The notes under the pieces were generated by a model, which saw nothing but the letters and a program-made list of their open reading frames with translations, did no database searches and was not told the origin of the DNA. The position numbers and the translations under genes were made by a program. 64,000 nucleotides of DNA from an uncultured bacterium. GTDB taxonomy: Bacteria > Patescibacteriota > Patescibacteriia > Patescibacteriales > UBA12465. The DNA lies in assembly GCA_938003925.1 (NCBI GenBank), contig CALKWQ010000023.1, positions 82,885 to 146,884 on the forward strand, written 5' to 3'. The stretch's first letter is position 1. Each line of letters starts with the position of its first letter. This document shows, piece after piece, positions 9,016-19,158 of the stretch.

Positions 9016-11424
9016 TTAGAATAAAAAGGAGAGAAAACCCCGACGACGCAGACCCTTTTCTTTCTTCTTCAAATTAATGGTGGTAGGAATCACCGTATCA
9101 GGAATTAAAGAAATACTATCAATGCCTTCAGCCATTAAAAATTCGGCAAATTCAGGGAAGTCGCTCGGACCCTGGCCGCAAATACCAACTTTACGCTTGC
9201 GTTTTTTAGCAATAGCGATTAAATTACGAATCATAATTTTAACAGCCTCGTTCTTTTCATTGGAAACACCTTCAATCTTGAGGCTACCGCCAGAATCACG
9301 ATCAATGCCAAGCACTAACTGGGTTAGATCATTAGAGCCAATAGAAAAACCGTCAAAAACATCACAGAATTTATCAGCTAAAATGATATTAGCAGGAATT
9401 TCCGCCATCATATAAATCTGCAGACCATTAACTCCACGCTTTAGACCATTTTTAGCCATGATTTCTTGAACCTTTTTACCCTCTTCCACTGTGCGGCAAA
9501 AAGGAATCATAATCTTAAGATTGGTCAGACCATAATCATCGCGGACACGCTTCATAGCCTTACATTCCAGATTAAAAGCTGGAACAAATTGTTTAGCATA
9601 ATAGCGACTAGCACCGCGCCAACCAATCATCGGGTTAGATTCAATGGGCTCAAACTCACGACCGCCAATTAAATTGGCATACTCGTTGGTTTTGAAATCA
9701 GACAAGCGCACAATCACGTCCTTAGGATGAAAAGCAGCAGCAATAATAGCCACACCCTGAGCTAAACGATCTACAAAATACTGGGCCTTGTTTTCATAGC
9801 CAACTGTTAGTTCCTCAATTTGTTTTTTAGCTTCTTTATCTTGAAGGTTGGGATAATTAATAAGGGCTAGAGGATGAATTTTAATGTAGTTATTGATAAT
9901 AAACTCCAGACGGGCTAAACCCACACCATCATTAGGGATAAAAGACTGTGCAAAAGCCAGTTCAGGCTCACCCACATTCATCATAATTTTAGTCTTGGGG
10001 CGCTTCAAATCCTTAATGTCTGTACTTAATACTTTAAAGGGTAGTTTAGACTCATAAACAAAACCTTCCTCGCCTTCAGCACAACTCACGGTAACGCTCT
10101 GACCAGTTTTAATAATGCTGGAACCTCGGTTGGTGCCAACTACGCAAGGAATACCCAACTCTCTAGAAACAATAGCAGCATGGCAAGTACGACCGCCTTT
10201 ATCGGTAACAATAGCAGAAGCAATTTTCATAATAGGTTCCCAATCTGGATCAGTCATGTCTGTTACCAACACTTCGCCTGGTTTAAAGCTATGAATTTCT
10301 TTAACTTCCATAATCCGGCGCACCTTACCAGCACCAATCTTATTGCCGACACTCTGGCCTTTAATCAGTATCTTGCCCTTTTTCTGTAAACGATATTCTT
10401 CAATAACATTTAGATTGCGAACGCTCTGCACCGTCTCTGGTCGAGCCTGAATAATATACAATTGTTGATCGCGACCATCTAAAGCCCATTCAATATCCAT
10501 GGCTCTTCCGTAATGCTCTTCAATAATCATGCCCCATTTAGCCAGCTGCTTAACTTGAGCGTCGGTAATGGAGGCCGCGTGACGATCTTGAGCAGAAACG
10601 GGTATATTTTTAACTGGTGATTTGCCACCGCGGTTATAAATCATTTTAACTGCTTTTTTACCAATAGAACGAGAAATAATAGCCAAGGTTGGTTTAAATA
10701 CATAAAACTCATCTGGATTGACTCGGCCCTGTACAATATTTTCCCCTAGGCCATAAATGGAATTAATTAGCACCGTATTACGGAAACCTGACTCGGTATC
10801 AATGGTAAACATTACTCCAGACGAGCCCAAATCTGAACGCACCATTTTTTGTACCCCCACCGACAAAGCAATCGAAAAATGGTCAAAACCCTTGTCCTCG
10901 CGGTAAGAAATAGCTCTATCAGTGAACAAAGAAGCAATGCATTTTTTCACCGCTAGTAATAATTCTTTTTCTCCTACTATATTTAAAAAGGTTTCCTGCT
11001 GGCCAGCAAAAGAAGCATCGGGTAAATCTTCAGCCGTAGCGCTAGAACGCACAGCTACATCCAAAGACTTGCTATTATTTTCTGCAGACAAACGCTTATA
11101 AGCTGCAGCAATTTCTTTCTTAAAATCTGCAGGTAACTGTACGGCTAAGATTTCCGCACGCACGCGTTTGCCGTGAGCCATTAAATTGCGAGTGTCTTTG
11201 GTGTCTAAATCTTTTAAGATGTCCTTAATTCTCTGTTTTAAACCGGTACTTTCTAAAAAATAATTGTAGGCCTCGGCGGTGGTAGCAAAACCATTAGGAA
11301 CTTTAATGCCTTGGTCTTTTAGTTTACGGTACATTTCGCCCAAAGAGGCGTTTTTCCCTCCGACTGAAGGCACATCCTTAATGGACAGCTCTTCAAAAAA
11401 ACGAACGAACACGGGCTTAGTCAT
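9016..11424 (-). CDS. ppsA: phosphoenolpyruvate synthase (pyruvate, water dikinase)
   Basis: 802 aa. N-terminal VPSVGGKNASLGEMY, phospho-His domain GGRTCHAAIVSRELGIPCVVG, C-terminal PEP-utilising TIM barrel. Confidence 0.92.
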   Translation of the reverse strand: MTKPVFVRFFEELSIKDVPSVGGKNASLGEMYRKLKDQGIKVPNGFATTAEAYNYFLESTGLKQRIKDILKDLDTKDTRNLMAHGKRVRAEILAVQLPADFKKEIAAAYKRLSAENNSKSLDVAVRSSATAEDLPDASFAGQQETFLNIVGEKELLLAVKKCIASLFTDRAISYREDKGFDHFSIALSVGVQKMVRSDLGSSGVMFTIDTESGFRNTVLINSIYGLGENIVQGRVNPDEFYVFKPTLAIISRSIGKKAVKMIYNRGGKSPVKNIPVSAQDRHAASITDAQVKQLAKWGMIIEEHYGRAMDIEWALDGRDQQLYIIQARPETVQSVRNLNVIEEYRLQKKGKILIKGQSVGNKIGAGKVRRIMEVKEIHSFKPGEVLVTDMTDPDWEPIMKIASAIVTDKGGRTCHAAIVSRELGIPCVVGTNRGSSIIKTGQSVTVSCAEGEEGFVYESKLPFKVLSTDIKDLKRPKTKIMMNVGEPELAFAQSFIPNDGVGLARLEFIINNYIKIHPLALINYPNLQDKEAKKQIEELTVGYENKAQYFVDRLAQGVAIIAAAFHPKDVIVRLSDFKTNEYANLIGGREFEPIESNPMIGWRGASRYYAKQFVPAFNLECKAMKRVRDDYGLTNLKIMIPFCRTVEEGKKVQEIMAKNGLKRGVNGLQIYMMAEIPANIILADKFCDVFDGFSIGSNDLTQLVLGIDRDSGGSLKIEGVSNEKNEAVKIMIRNLIAIAKKRKRKVGICGQGPSDFPEFAEFLMAEGIDSISLIPDTVIPTTINLKKKEKGLRRRGFLSFLF

Positions 11425-11528
11425 AAATATTATTTTAAAATTTTATTTTTATAAAATTATATTCCCATTATAGCACATTCTTTACTTTATCATAATAATA
11501 CCATAATATAATAAATGAGGAATAATTG

Positions 11529-11610
11529 GCGGGCGTGGCGGAATTGGTAGACGCACTTGGCTTAGGACCAAGCGGGGCAACCCTTGAGAGTTCGAGTCTC
11601 TCCGCCCGCA
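11529..11610 (+). tRNA. tRNA-Leu (anticodon UAG), long variable arm
   Basis: Hand fold: acceptor GCGGGCG/CGCCCGC, anticodon stem CTTGG/CCAAG, loop CTTAGGA. CCA not encoded. Confidence 0.85.
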
Positions 11611-11626
11611 CTTTTTATTAATCACC

Positions 11627-12436
11627 ATGATTAATTTCTTGCACTCTTATTGGCCACAGCCAATACTGCTAACAATGGGCCCGATTACCATACATTGGTA
11701 CGGTCTCTTTTTGGTCTTAGGGATGACGGCCGGCATTGCTGTAGCCTGGCGATTTAGTCGCTGGCACCAATTGGAACCGGAGCAAATTTTAGACCTATCT
11801 TTATGGCTAATTATTGGCGGCATACTAGGCGCCAGAATATATGAGATTTTTTTAGAAGCCCCCTATTACTTCCAGCACCCACTAGCGATGTTTAAGTTTT
11901 GGGAAGGCGGGTTAGCCATACATGGAGCGATTATTGGCGGCTTTTTAGCTTTATATCTATTTGCCAAAAGATATCATCTGTCCGTACTTACTTTAATGGC
12001 TCTAGTCGTTCCTGGATTAGCCTTAGGACAAGCTATTGGTCGCTGGGGCAACTGGTTTAATCAAGAATTATTTGGACTGCCCACTGATTTACCCTGGGGC
12101 ATACCTATTAGTTTAAACAATCGCCCCTTAGCTTATGCAGCTTATGACTTTTTTCACCCCACTTTCCTATACGAAAGTATTGGCTGTCTAATAATATTTA
12201 TCGCCTTGCTAACCCTAAGTTACTATTGGCACGAACGACTTAATCAGCGCCGGCTAGTAATTATTGTGTCTAGTTACTTATTAGGCTACGCCGCGCTACG
12301 CTTCGGTTTAGAGCTAATCAAAATAGATATCACGCCGATGTTGTGGGGATTGCGCTGGCCTCAATGGGCCAGCATTATTCTAGTTTTAATCAGTCTTATT
12401 TGGTTATTAAAAAATTTTAAAAATAAAGCCGTATGA
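11627..12436 (+). CDS. lgt: prolipoprotein diacylglyceryl transferase
   Basis: GPITIHWYGL, GARIYE, GGLAIHGAIIGG, GRWGNWFNQELFG motifs. Confidence 0.9.
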   Translation: MINFLHSYWPQPILLTMGPITIHWYGLFLVLGMTAGIAVAWRFSRWHQLEPEQILDLSLWLIIGGILGARIYEIFLEAPYYFQHPLAMFKFWEGGLAIHGAIIGGFLALYLFAKRYHLSVLTLMALVVPGLALGQAIGRWGNWFNQELFGLPTDLPWGIPISLNNRPLAYAAYDFFHPTFLYESIGCLIIFIALLTLSYYWHERLNQRRLVIIVSSYLLGYAALRFGLELIKIDITPMLWGLRWPQWASIILVLISLIWLLKNFKNKAV

Positions 12437-13614
12437 TTTTTGGATTATTAAGCAAAGCAGATCGCAAGAAAAACCTCATTATCCTCTATATATTAGGAGC
12501 GATTTTAGCTATGGCCAATGCTTTGCCAGCCTATGTCCAATCCAATTTTCTGGGACAAATCATGTCACTATCTTGGGTGAGCATTTTCTTTGCCACGGCC
12601 AATTTGGTTACCGTGTTTGCCATCATTTTTTTTCCAAAAATGATTAAAAAAATAGGCAATATTGCAGCGACAAAAATAGTGCTATTTTTATTCATCTTCT
12701 CCTTATTAGGCATGAGCTTAGCTAGTCATCCAGCGGCAGTTTTTTTGGCCTTTATCCTTTTAAGTATTGCCAGCAATCTGATCTGGATTAATATGGATAT
12801 TTTAGTAGAAAGTTTTTCTGATAATTCATCTACTGGGCTAACTCGAACAATTTATTTTACCGCCATTAATTTGGGCTGGATTCTAGCTCCATCACTATCT
12901 AGCTATTTAATAAAAATCGGTGATTATTATTGGGTATTTATAGCAGCCGCTGTCTGTTTAGTCCCATTCTTAATTATTTTAATTAAAAGCCAAAAAAAAC
13001 TACGCGATCATCATCACTACAAAACCAGCCCTATTAATAAAACTATTAAAAAATTATGGCACAATAAAGATCTAAGAGGTATCTTTTTTATTGCTCTTTT
13101 GCTTAATTTGTTTTTTAGCAGCGCGGTGGTTTATATCCCGATTTATCTCCATCAAAACTTGGGTTTTTCTTGGTCGGTTTTGGGAATTATGTTCTCAGTC
13201 ATGCTTATTCCTTTCCTATTATTTGAAATACCAGCTGGCTGGCTAGCGGATAAATATCTCGGAGAAAAAGAGATATTGGCTACTGGTGTTGGCATTATTG
13301 TGTTAGCCTCTTTTTTATTCTTTGCAATAAAGTCTACCAATCCCTGGCTGTGGGGCTCATTGTTATTTCTAAGCCGAGTAGGAGCTGCTTTAGTAGAAGC
13401 CATGAGGGAATCTTATTTCTTTAAGATTGTCAGCGCTAAAGATGTGCATTATATCAATTTTTTTCGTACTACAGCCCCACTAGGCTATCTCTTGGGAACC
13501 CTATTAGCTATGGGTGTGCTCAACTTTTACCCCCTAGAATATCTCTTTTTGTTCGTCTCGCTACTAATGGCAACCGGCTTTTTATTTATTTATATTATAA
13601 AGGATAGCAAGTAG
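12433..13614 (+). CDS. MFS transporter
   Basis: 12-TM profile and a 4-nt ATGA overlap with lgt. Substrate unknown. Confidence 0.6.
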   Translation: MIFGLLSKADRKKNLIILYILGAILAMANALPAYVQSNFLGQIMSLSWVSIFFATANLVTVFAIIFFPKMIKKIGNIAATKIVLFLFIFSLLGMSLASHPAAVFLAFILLSIASNLIWINMDILVESFSDNSSTGLTRTIYFTAINLGWILAPSLSSYLIKIGDYYWVFIAAAVCLVPFLIILIKSQKKLRDHHHYKTSPINKTIKKLWHNKDLRGIFFIALLLNLFFSSAVVYIPIYLHQNLGFSWSVLGIMFSVMLIPFLLFEIPAGWLADKYLGEKEILATGVGIIVLASFLFFAIKSTNPWLWGSLLFLSRVGAALVEAMRESYFFKIVSAKDVHYINFFRTTAPLGYLLGTLLAMGVLNFYPLEYLFLFVSLLMATGFLFIYIIKDSK

Positions 13615-13667
13615 GCCTAGTTGACTACCATAAAAAAATCACTTATTATATCTCCAGTATTAACCTG

Positions 13668-13739
13668 GCGGGTATCGTATAGTGGTTATTACCTAAGGTT
13701 TCCAACCTTATGAGAGGGGTTCGATTCCCCTTACCCGCT
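13668..13739 (+). tRNA. tRNA-Gly (anticodon UCC)
   Basis: Acceptor GCGGGTA/TACCCGC, anticodon stem TAAGG/CCTTA, loop TTTCCAA. Confidence 0.85.
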
Positions 13740-13745
13740 CTCTAT

Positions 13746-13775
13746 AAAAACAGCCGCTTCTAGCGGCTGTTTTTT
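13746..13775. terminator. bidirectional intrinsic terminator
   Basis: AAAAACAGCCGC-TTCTA-GCGGCTGTTTTTT. Confidence 0.75.
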
Positions 13776-14475
13776 AATATTTACCAAATTCATAATTAAC
13801 TATTTTTCTGCGTATCGGCCCGCGCACTAAAAAATATAAACCCCCGCGAAACCACTTCCAAAGAACCTTAAACACACCCTCTTTCTCTAGCCGCCGTACA
13901 GAAAAATATAGATAACAGGAAGTAATCATGCGATATTTTCCTATTTTGGAAAGGCGTTTAATATAATCATAATCTTCACCAATAAAAATACTCTCGTCAA
14001 AGCCTTTAATCTTTCGATGTGCCTCTATAGCGGCCATAATACCTACGCCAACTGAAGCTGGAAAAAAATATTGCCCCACAAAACAAACAGATTGATAACA
14101 GGCTTCAAATAAACGGTAAAGCGCGCGGCGTGAGTTAAAGTGTAAATAGAAACCGGCAGAGTTTAAATGGCGTCTTTTAAATTCCTCATAAGCAGCCGGC
14201 AAAAAATTATCTGGCAGGACCGTGTCGGCATCTAAAAACATTAACACATCGCCTTTAGCCTCTTGTGCTCCTCGATTACGCTGACGAGCGGGTGATCTTT
14301 TCTGATCTTGGACAAAGACGCAACCATAATCACTGGCCACTGACTCCGTTTTATCCTCTGAAACACCATCAGAAACAATAATTTCATAATCAGAAAACTT
14401 TTGTTTTTTAATAGACTCTAACAGTAAGGGGAGATATTTTTCTTCATTTAGCGTGGGGATGATAATAGAAAGCAT
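13774..14475 (-). CDS. family 2 glycosyltransferase
   Basis: LSIIIPTLNEEKYLP and MFLDADT (DxD) motifs. The ATG at 14475 sits 1 nt after the upstream stop, so I prefer it to the longer track ORF. Confidence 0.75.
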   Translation of the reverse strand: MLSIIIPTLNEEKYLPLLLESIKKQKFSDYEIIVSDGVSEDKTESVASDYGCVFVQDQKRSPARQRNRGAQEAKGDVLMFLDADTVLPDNFLPAAYEEFKRRHLNSAGFYLHFNSRRALYRLFEACYQSVCFVGQYFFPASVGVGIMAAIEAHRKIKGFDESIFIGEDYDYIKRLSKIGKYRMITSCYLYFSVRRLEKEGVFKVLWKWFRGGLYFLVRGPIRRKIVNYEFGKY

Positions 14476-14476
14476 A

Positions 14477-15481
14477 TTATTTAAATAAAGTGCGGGCCAA
14501 CTCCCAAAAACTTGGATCACCATGTTTATATTGCCAATACCACCACTCCACCCCCCAAAGATAGGCCTTCTTAAATTTGGTATCTAATGCGTACTGCAAA
14601 TTATCACGGAACTGTTGGAGACTAAAAGAATAATCAGACTCACTCTTAGATAAATAGATAATTTTCCCTTGCGGCACCCAGGGCTCAGCTTGTAATTCTG
14701 CAATAATGCACTTATCCTTAGGAATCCCCACCAAACTAGCTTTAAAACCATAAAACCAAGGAGGAATAGGATAGCGCATATAGCCAATTACTTTATTCCA
14801 AATCACCCGATAAACTGTCGTGCCAAAAATATCACCATACTTAGCCTCTTTACGCCACATATTTAACTCCCCCGGGCCAGAAACTATCACTGGACGTTTA
14901 TCTAAAGACTTTACCAAAGCAACCTCCTTCGCAAAAAAAGCTTCATCACTTGGCGGGCAGATACCAAAAGTATTGAGAAAGGGCTCATTCTCTACCTGCC
15001 AATATAAAATTGCCGGATTATCTTGATAACGCTTGACTGTCTTCTCTAACATTAATAAAGTATCTTTCTGAATATCTGCAATACTTTCCTGATTAGTCCA
15101 AGCCGGCGCATGACATTCTGGCCAGCGCGGGAGGCGCCAGCCAATATTAATTACAAATTTCACGTTACGCTTTGCTCCTTCTGAAATCATGAAGTCATAG
15201 TCACTGTAATCAAAAAAACCTTTTTCGGCCTCAATCTCATCCCAATAAATTGGTAGTCGTAAATGCTCCACTTGCAGGTCGTCTAAAATAGCAAAGTATA
15301 ATTCACGCCAATTTAACCCTATTTCTGTAGCATACTTTTTAGAGAAAGTTACGCCAAAAAAATCTGGGTGGTGCTCAATATTATGACCAGCCAAGTGATT
15401 GCGAAAAATTTTCATAAATAAAACCAGGCTAACTATAATTACTATTAAAACTAATCCGGTTATTTTTAGAGATAACTTCAT
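14477..15481 (-). CDS. membrane-anchored clan GH-A glycoside hydrolase (GH5-like TIM barrel)
   Basis: N-terminal TM helix and WQVENEPF (the NEP catalytic acid/base motif of clan A). Confidence 0.5.
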   Translation of the reverse strand: MKLSLKITGLVLIVIIVSLVLFMKIFRNHLAGHNIEHHPDFFGVTFSKKYATEIGLNWRELYFAILDDLQVEHLRLPIYWDEIEAEKGFFDYSDYDFMISEGAKRNVKFVINIGWRLPRWPECHAPAWTNQESIADIQKDTLLMLEKTVKRYQDNPAILYWQVENEPFLNTFGICPPSDEAFFAKEVALVKSLDKRPVIVSGPGELNMWRKEAKYGDIFGTTVYRVIWNKVIGYMRYPIPPWFYGFKASLVGIPKDKCIIAELQAEPWVPQGKIIYLSKSESDYSFSLQQFRDNLQYALDTKFKKAYLWGVEWWYWQYKHGDPSFWELARTLFK

Positions 15482-16419
15482 AGTGATAAAAAATATAAAC
15501 CCAAACTGATAATAAGAATGGCTAGCGCCTTCTGTGCTAAAGATGGCCCGGAAATATCTTCTTTCATAATCTTAGGCGCTACTAAAGAAATAATTGCCCC
15601 CAAAATAATAATCCAAGCATATTGAACTCCTTGCAAAGCATTAACAACAGCTACCGGACCTAGAAAAACGGCATAATTTTGCAAAACAAAGCCTAAAGAA
15701 CCGAGTAATTGATTACCAACCACCAGGCTTTGATTGCGTTTACGTCTGGGATTATGGGTAAATAAAGCTTTAATTTCCCTCCGTGCTCGCGGAGAAAACA
15801 GAATAAACATCGCCGCCAAAGCTGCCCCCAGTCGAGTCCACAAAAAAGTACTTAAAAATGGTTGTGTTTGGTAAGCCAGTTTGCTACCTACAAAAAAAAT
15901 GGCGTAAGCCAAACCTGAGCCAAAAGCCAACACGATACTTAACCAAGACGCACGCTGCTGTAATTGCAACGAAGCAGATAATTTTTGCCAAAAGTTTTGT
16001 CTTTTGTTGGGTAAAAAAGCAACTACCGCCACACCAACAATCAAAAAGATAATGGCAACAATTTGGTTACTAGAAAATTTATCTCCTAAAACTAAAAAAG
16101 ACAATGGTAAAGAAAAAATCGGAGTAGAACCACCAATAATCACCAACGAACGGGAAGCCTCTCCTCGACGCAAGGACGCATATAACAACATTAAAGCTAC
16201 AGCAAACACCAGGCCTAACAACAGATTTAATAATAACCCACTAATACCCGGCCAAGACAAAAACCAAGGAGCTCCTAAAAACACCACCGCCCCCATGACA
16301 CAAGCGATAAAAGTATAAGCGCGAGCGCTTCCTAAAACTTTTTCTACCAAAAACTTGTCAATAAGATTAGCTATGGCTAATAAAAAATAGGCGATCAGGG
16401 CAACTAAAAACCAATCCAT
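15478..16419 (-). CDS. EamA/DMT-family transporter
   Basis: 10-TM duplicated architecture and an ATGA overlap with the downstream gene. Confidence 0.55.
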   Translation of the reverse strand: MDWFLVALIAYFLLAIANLIDKFLVEKVLGSARAYTFIACVMGAVVFLGAPWFLSWPGISGLLLNLLLGLVFAVALMLLYASLRRGEASRSLVIIGGSTPIFSLPLSFLVLGDKFSSNQIVAIIFLIVGVAVVAFLPNKRQNFWQKLSASLQLQQRASWLSIVLAFGSGLAYAIFFVGSKLAYQTQPFLSTFLWTRLGAALAAMFILFSPRARREIKALFTHNPRRKRNQSLVVGNQLLGSLGFVLQNYAVFLGPVAVVNALQGVQYAWIIILGAIISLVAPKIMKEDISGPSLAQKALAILIISLGLYFLSL

Positions 16420-16422
16420 AAA

Positions 16423-17700
16423 TTAAGAGTTTAAAAATATTGCTTTTTCTATATTGACGACGCCGTCATGTGTAGCGTTTAAATAAGCGCTTAGAGCTGC
16501 TCTGGCTAATCGCCCATCAAGACGCCAGTCTAACAACCATTCGGCTACAAATTTAGGATTTAGACTATCTAAACCGGCGCCAATTGATAATAACCAATCT
16601 CTATTAAACACCTCCTGAGAACCAACCGGCTCAGACATAATAATAGGCAAGCCTAATCCGGCATAAAAACTCAACTCTGAAGGCTTGGTCCATAAGACAT
16701 CTGTGCTACGTAAACAAAGGTTAAATAAACGGAAATATTCCATCTTCTGAGGATGATAAACAATCTGAACGTGGCTGTGGTTGGATAAATCTAAGCGTTT
16801 AACTTCCTCATTAAAATAAGTATTTACATCCTTCCTGCTGCCGGCCACTAAGTTTAATCTAACTTTTTTTTCTTTAATCATCGGGCTCAGCTGCTCTAAA
16901 ATCAAAGCGCCTAATTCGCGCTGGGCGCCGGCACCACCAACTGCAAAAGTTACGGTAAACGGACGGTTGGCTTCATCTGGTAAATCAATAAAATTTTTCA
17001 GTAGTTCTGAGTAGCTATTACGAAAAGACTTGACTGGATCCAAGATGTTCAACCTAAGCCCTAAATCTTGCCTTAAAATATGATCATTCTCTCCAATATT
17101 TTCTGAGGGCAAAGGGAATCCGGTAATTTTAATATTAGAAGCCCGGACACCATATAAGCGTAGACGATCGTACACTCGCTGGTTAGAAACTAAATAAATA
17201 ATGCGGCTATTTTTAGGATCTATAGGGGCCCAGGCTCGCGACACGTCAGCATCACAGGTGATACAATAAATATCCCCCTGATAATGATAATACTCGGCAC
17301 AATAAGCTGCCACAAAAAAAGTGGTTACCAGCGGCAGTGGTTCACGATTCAAGACTTCTATAAGTTTTCGTCCCACCCCCCTTTTTACAGCTTTAAAAAA
17401 TATTTTTTGCTGTATAGTCAGAGCTGAAAGATCTCGACGAGGATAAAAATCATCAATTTTTTGAAAGGCATCCATAGCCTTAAACACTAACTCGCCTAAA
17501 CCGGGGATGCGTTTGAAATAAGAAATTTTTTCGTAAGATTTTTGACTGTTTAACCAGTAAGCTTTTTCCCAATCTTCAATGCCCTCATAAGTATTAAGGT
17601 TAATGGAGCCATCTCTGCTAAGATTAAGTAGCGGATAAGCAGCACGTTGGTGCCCATAGCCCATATCAGCGGCAATCAAATGAATCTTGCGGTTATTCAT
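16423..17700 (-). CDS. putative GT-B glycosyltransferase (MGDG-synthase/MurG-like N-terminus)
   Basis: The N-terminal IHLIAADMGYGHQRAA resembles the GxGH nucleotide-sugar loop of GT28-type enzymes. The rest is unrecognised. Confidence 0.35.
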   Translation of the reverse strand: MNNRKIHLIAADMGYGHQRAAYPLLNLSRDGSINLNTYEGIEDWEKAYWLNSQKSYEKISYFKRIPGLGELVFKAMDAFQKIDDFYPRRDLSALTIQQKIFFKAVKRGVGRKLIEVLNREPLPLVTTFFVAAYCAEYYHYQGDIYCITCDADVSRAWAPIDPKNSRIIYLVSNQRVYDRLRLYGVRASNIKITGFPLPSENIGENDHILRQDLGLRLNILDPVKSFRNSYSELLKNFIDLPDEANRPFTVTFAVGGAGAQRELGALILEQLSPMIKEKKVRLNLVAGSRKDVNTYFNEEVKRLDLSNHSHVQIVYHPQKMEYFRLFNLCLRSTDVLWTKPSELSFYAGLGLPIIMSEPVGSQEVFNRDWLLSIGAGLDSLNPKFVAEWLLDWRLDGRLARAALSAYLNATHDGVVNIEKAIFLNS

Positions 17701-17740
17701 AAAAAAATAAAAAGTTAAATTCTCTTCTATATTATACTAT

Positions 17741-17770
17741 AAAAAAATCGCCCCTGAAAGGGCGATTTAT
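17741..17770 (-). terminator. intrinsic terminator of trxB
   Basis: AAATCGCCC-loop-GGGCGATTT, with a T run on the minus strand. Confidence 0.7.
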
Positions 17771-17771
17771 T

Positions 17772-18704
17772 TTATTTAGAAGTAGTAATTTGAGGGGCGC
17801 CAGCTCCTTGTATATATTGATAAGCATATAGGGCCGCTGCGGTTGCCTGCCCCATGGCAATAGTAATTTGTTTAAACTCGCTTTGTACCACATCTCCTGC
17901 AGCAAACAAGCCTGGAGTAGAGGTCATAAATTTTTCATCAACCAATATCTGTGCTTGTTCATTACGTTGAACAAAATCTGCCACCAAGTCAGTACTGGCA
18001 ATGCGTCCAATTTCTACAAACACGCCATCTAAGGGCAAGGTTATAGTTTCTCCAACCTGATTTTGATAAACTAAGGCCTCGACTTTTTCTTGGCCTTGAA
18101 TCGATTGGAGTTGGGCCTGAGTAATAATTTCAATATTTTCTCTAGCTCTAACTTCAGCCACTAAAGAATCAAAAGCCTTAAAGGTTGCACTCCTAGCTAC
18201 TAGATAAACTTTAGAGGCAATCTTAGACATCACCTCGGCAGCATCAAAGGCGGAATTGCCACTGCCAACCACAGCTACAACCTTATTTCTAAACAAGGGT
18301 CCATCGCAATTAGCACAGTAAGACACCCCCTTACCGCTAAGCTCGACTTCACCAGGAATAGCCAGGCGACGAGGAGCTAAGCCCATGGCAATAATTACTG
18401 TTTTACTCTCATATTGCTCTTGATCGGTGAAAACCAAGAAAGTGCCATCCTCTTTTTTTTCTAATCTTTTTACTTCTTGATTCTTAATCTCTGCTCCAGA
18501 AGCAAGCACATGATCATTAAAACGAGTAATAAGCTCGAAATTACTAATACTATTAAAACCTGGATAATTTTCAATTTCTCCTGCCCAGATAATTTGACCA
18601 CCAGGCTCTTTGCCGATGATTAGGGTTTTCATTTCTCTGCGTGCTGCATAAATAGCAGCGGTAATACCAGCTGGGCCTTGCCCAATAATGATTGTGTCGT
18701 ACAT
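17772..18704 (-). CDS. trxB: thioredoxin-disulfide reductase
   Basis: FAD motif IIIGQGPAGITAAIYAAR, redox-active CANCDG, NADPH motif VVGSGNSAFDAA. Confidence 0.9.
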   Translation of the reverse strand: MYDTIIIGQGPAGITAAIYAARREMKTLIIGKEPGGQIIWAGEIENYPGFNSISNFELITRFNDHVLASGAEIKNQEVKRLEKKEDGTFLVFTDQEQYESKTVIIAMGLAPRRLAIPGEVELSGKGVSYCANCDGPLFRNKVVAVVGSGNSAFDAAEVMSKIASKVYLVARSATFKAFDSLVAEVRARENIEIITQAQLQSIQGQEKVEALVYQNQVGETITLPLDGVFVEIGRIASTDLVADFVQRNEQAQILVDEKFMTSTPGLFAAGDVVQSEFKQITIAMGQATAAALYAYQYIQGAGAPQITTSK

Positions 18705-18845
18705 AAAAAAATAATATTTTTAATTTGGTGAGAGACTATCATTATACTATTACTAAGCACAAAAAGCAAAAAGAGATATTTTATTAAATATTAGCCAATA
18801 AATATTATGATAAACCAATTTTATCTAATATTTAACAATAATAAT

Positions 18846-18955
18846 TGTTCTACGCAGAACATTATTACACATTAAACCCTGCTTTAGCTATTTGTTCTAC
18901 GTAGAACATTATTACACATTAAACCCCGCTTTAGCTATTTGTTCTACGTAGAACA
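18846..18955. repeat. 47-bp tandem direct repeat (2.3 units), each unit starting with a parS-like 16-bp palindrome
   Basis: Palindromes at 18846-18861 (TGTTCTACGCAGAACA, 1 mismatch), 18893-18908 and 18940-18955 (both perfect TGTTCTACGTAGAACA). Spacing is exactly 47 bp. Confidence 0.9.
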
Positions 18956-19030
18956 CCAGATAATCATTTACATTAGACAATTATTCAAAAATAAATACGG
19001 AGATTTAAAAATACTTATTAGTTGTAATAA

Positions 19031-19056
19031 TTTTTTGTTCTACGTAGAACAAAAAA
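19031..19056. repeat. parS-like palindrome, copy 4, embedded in a perfect 26-bp palindrome
   Basis: TTTTTTGTTCTACGTAGAACAAAAAA, with the core at 19036-19051. Confidence 0.9.
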
Positions 19057-19158
19057 TTCTACTGGAGTTAATAAATTTAAAAAATTATTTACCTTTATTT
19101 TATAATACATAGAAACTACTATTTATTAAATTAATATAATCAAAAATGTAATAAATTT

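Noticed and set aside
9077-11473. Several 60-112-aa plus-strand ORFs (9077-9415, 9466-9672, 10180-10389, 11279-11473) inside ppsA
   Set aside because: They are antisense shadow ORFs within a well-supported 802-aa gene, with low-complexity translations and no start context. The same reasoning applies to antisense or out-of-frame ORFs inside other long genes, for example 3594-3785, 7476-7763, 14584-15026, 15858-16318, 38784-39032, 43056-43805, 51256-52287 and 55323-55538.
18846-18955. Possible CRISPR array suggested by the evenly spaced 47-bp repeats
   Set aside because: There are only 2.3 units, and the units abut one another with no unique spacers, so the whole 47 bp is repeated. No cas genes are present, and the repeated core is a perfect palindrome that also occurs singly nearby.
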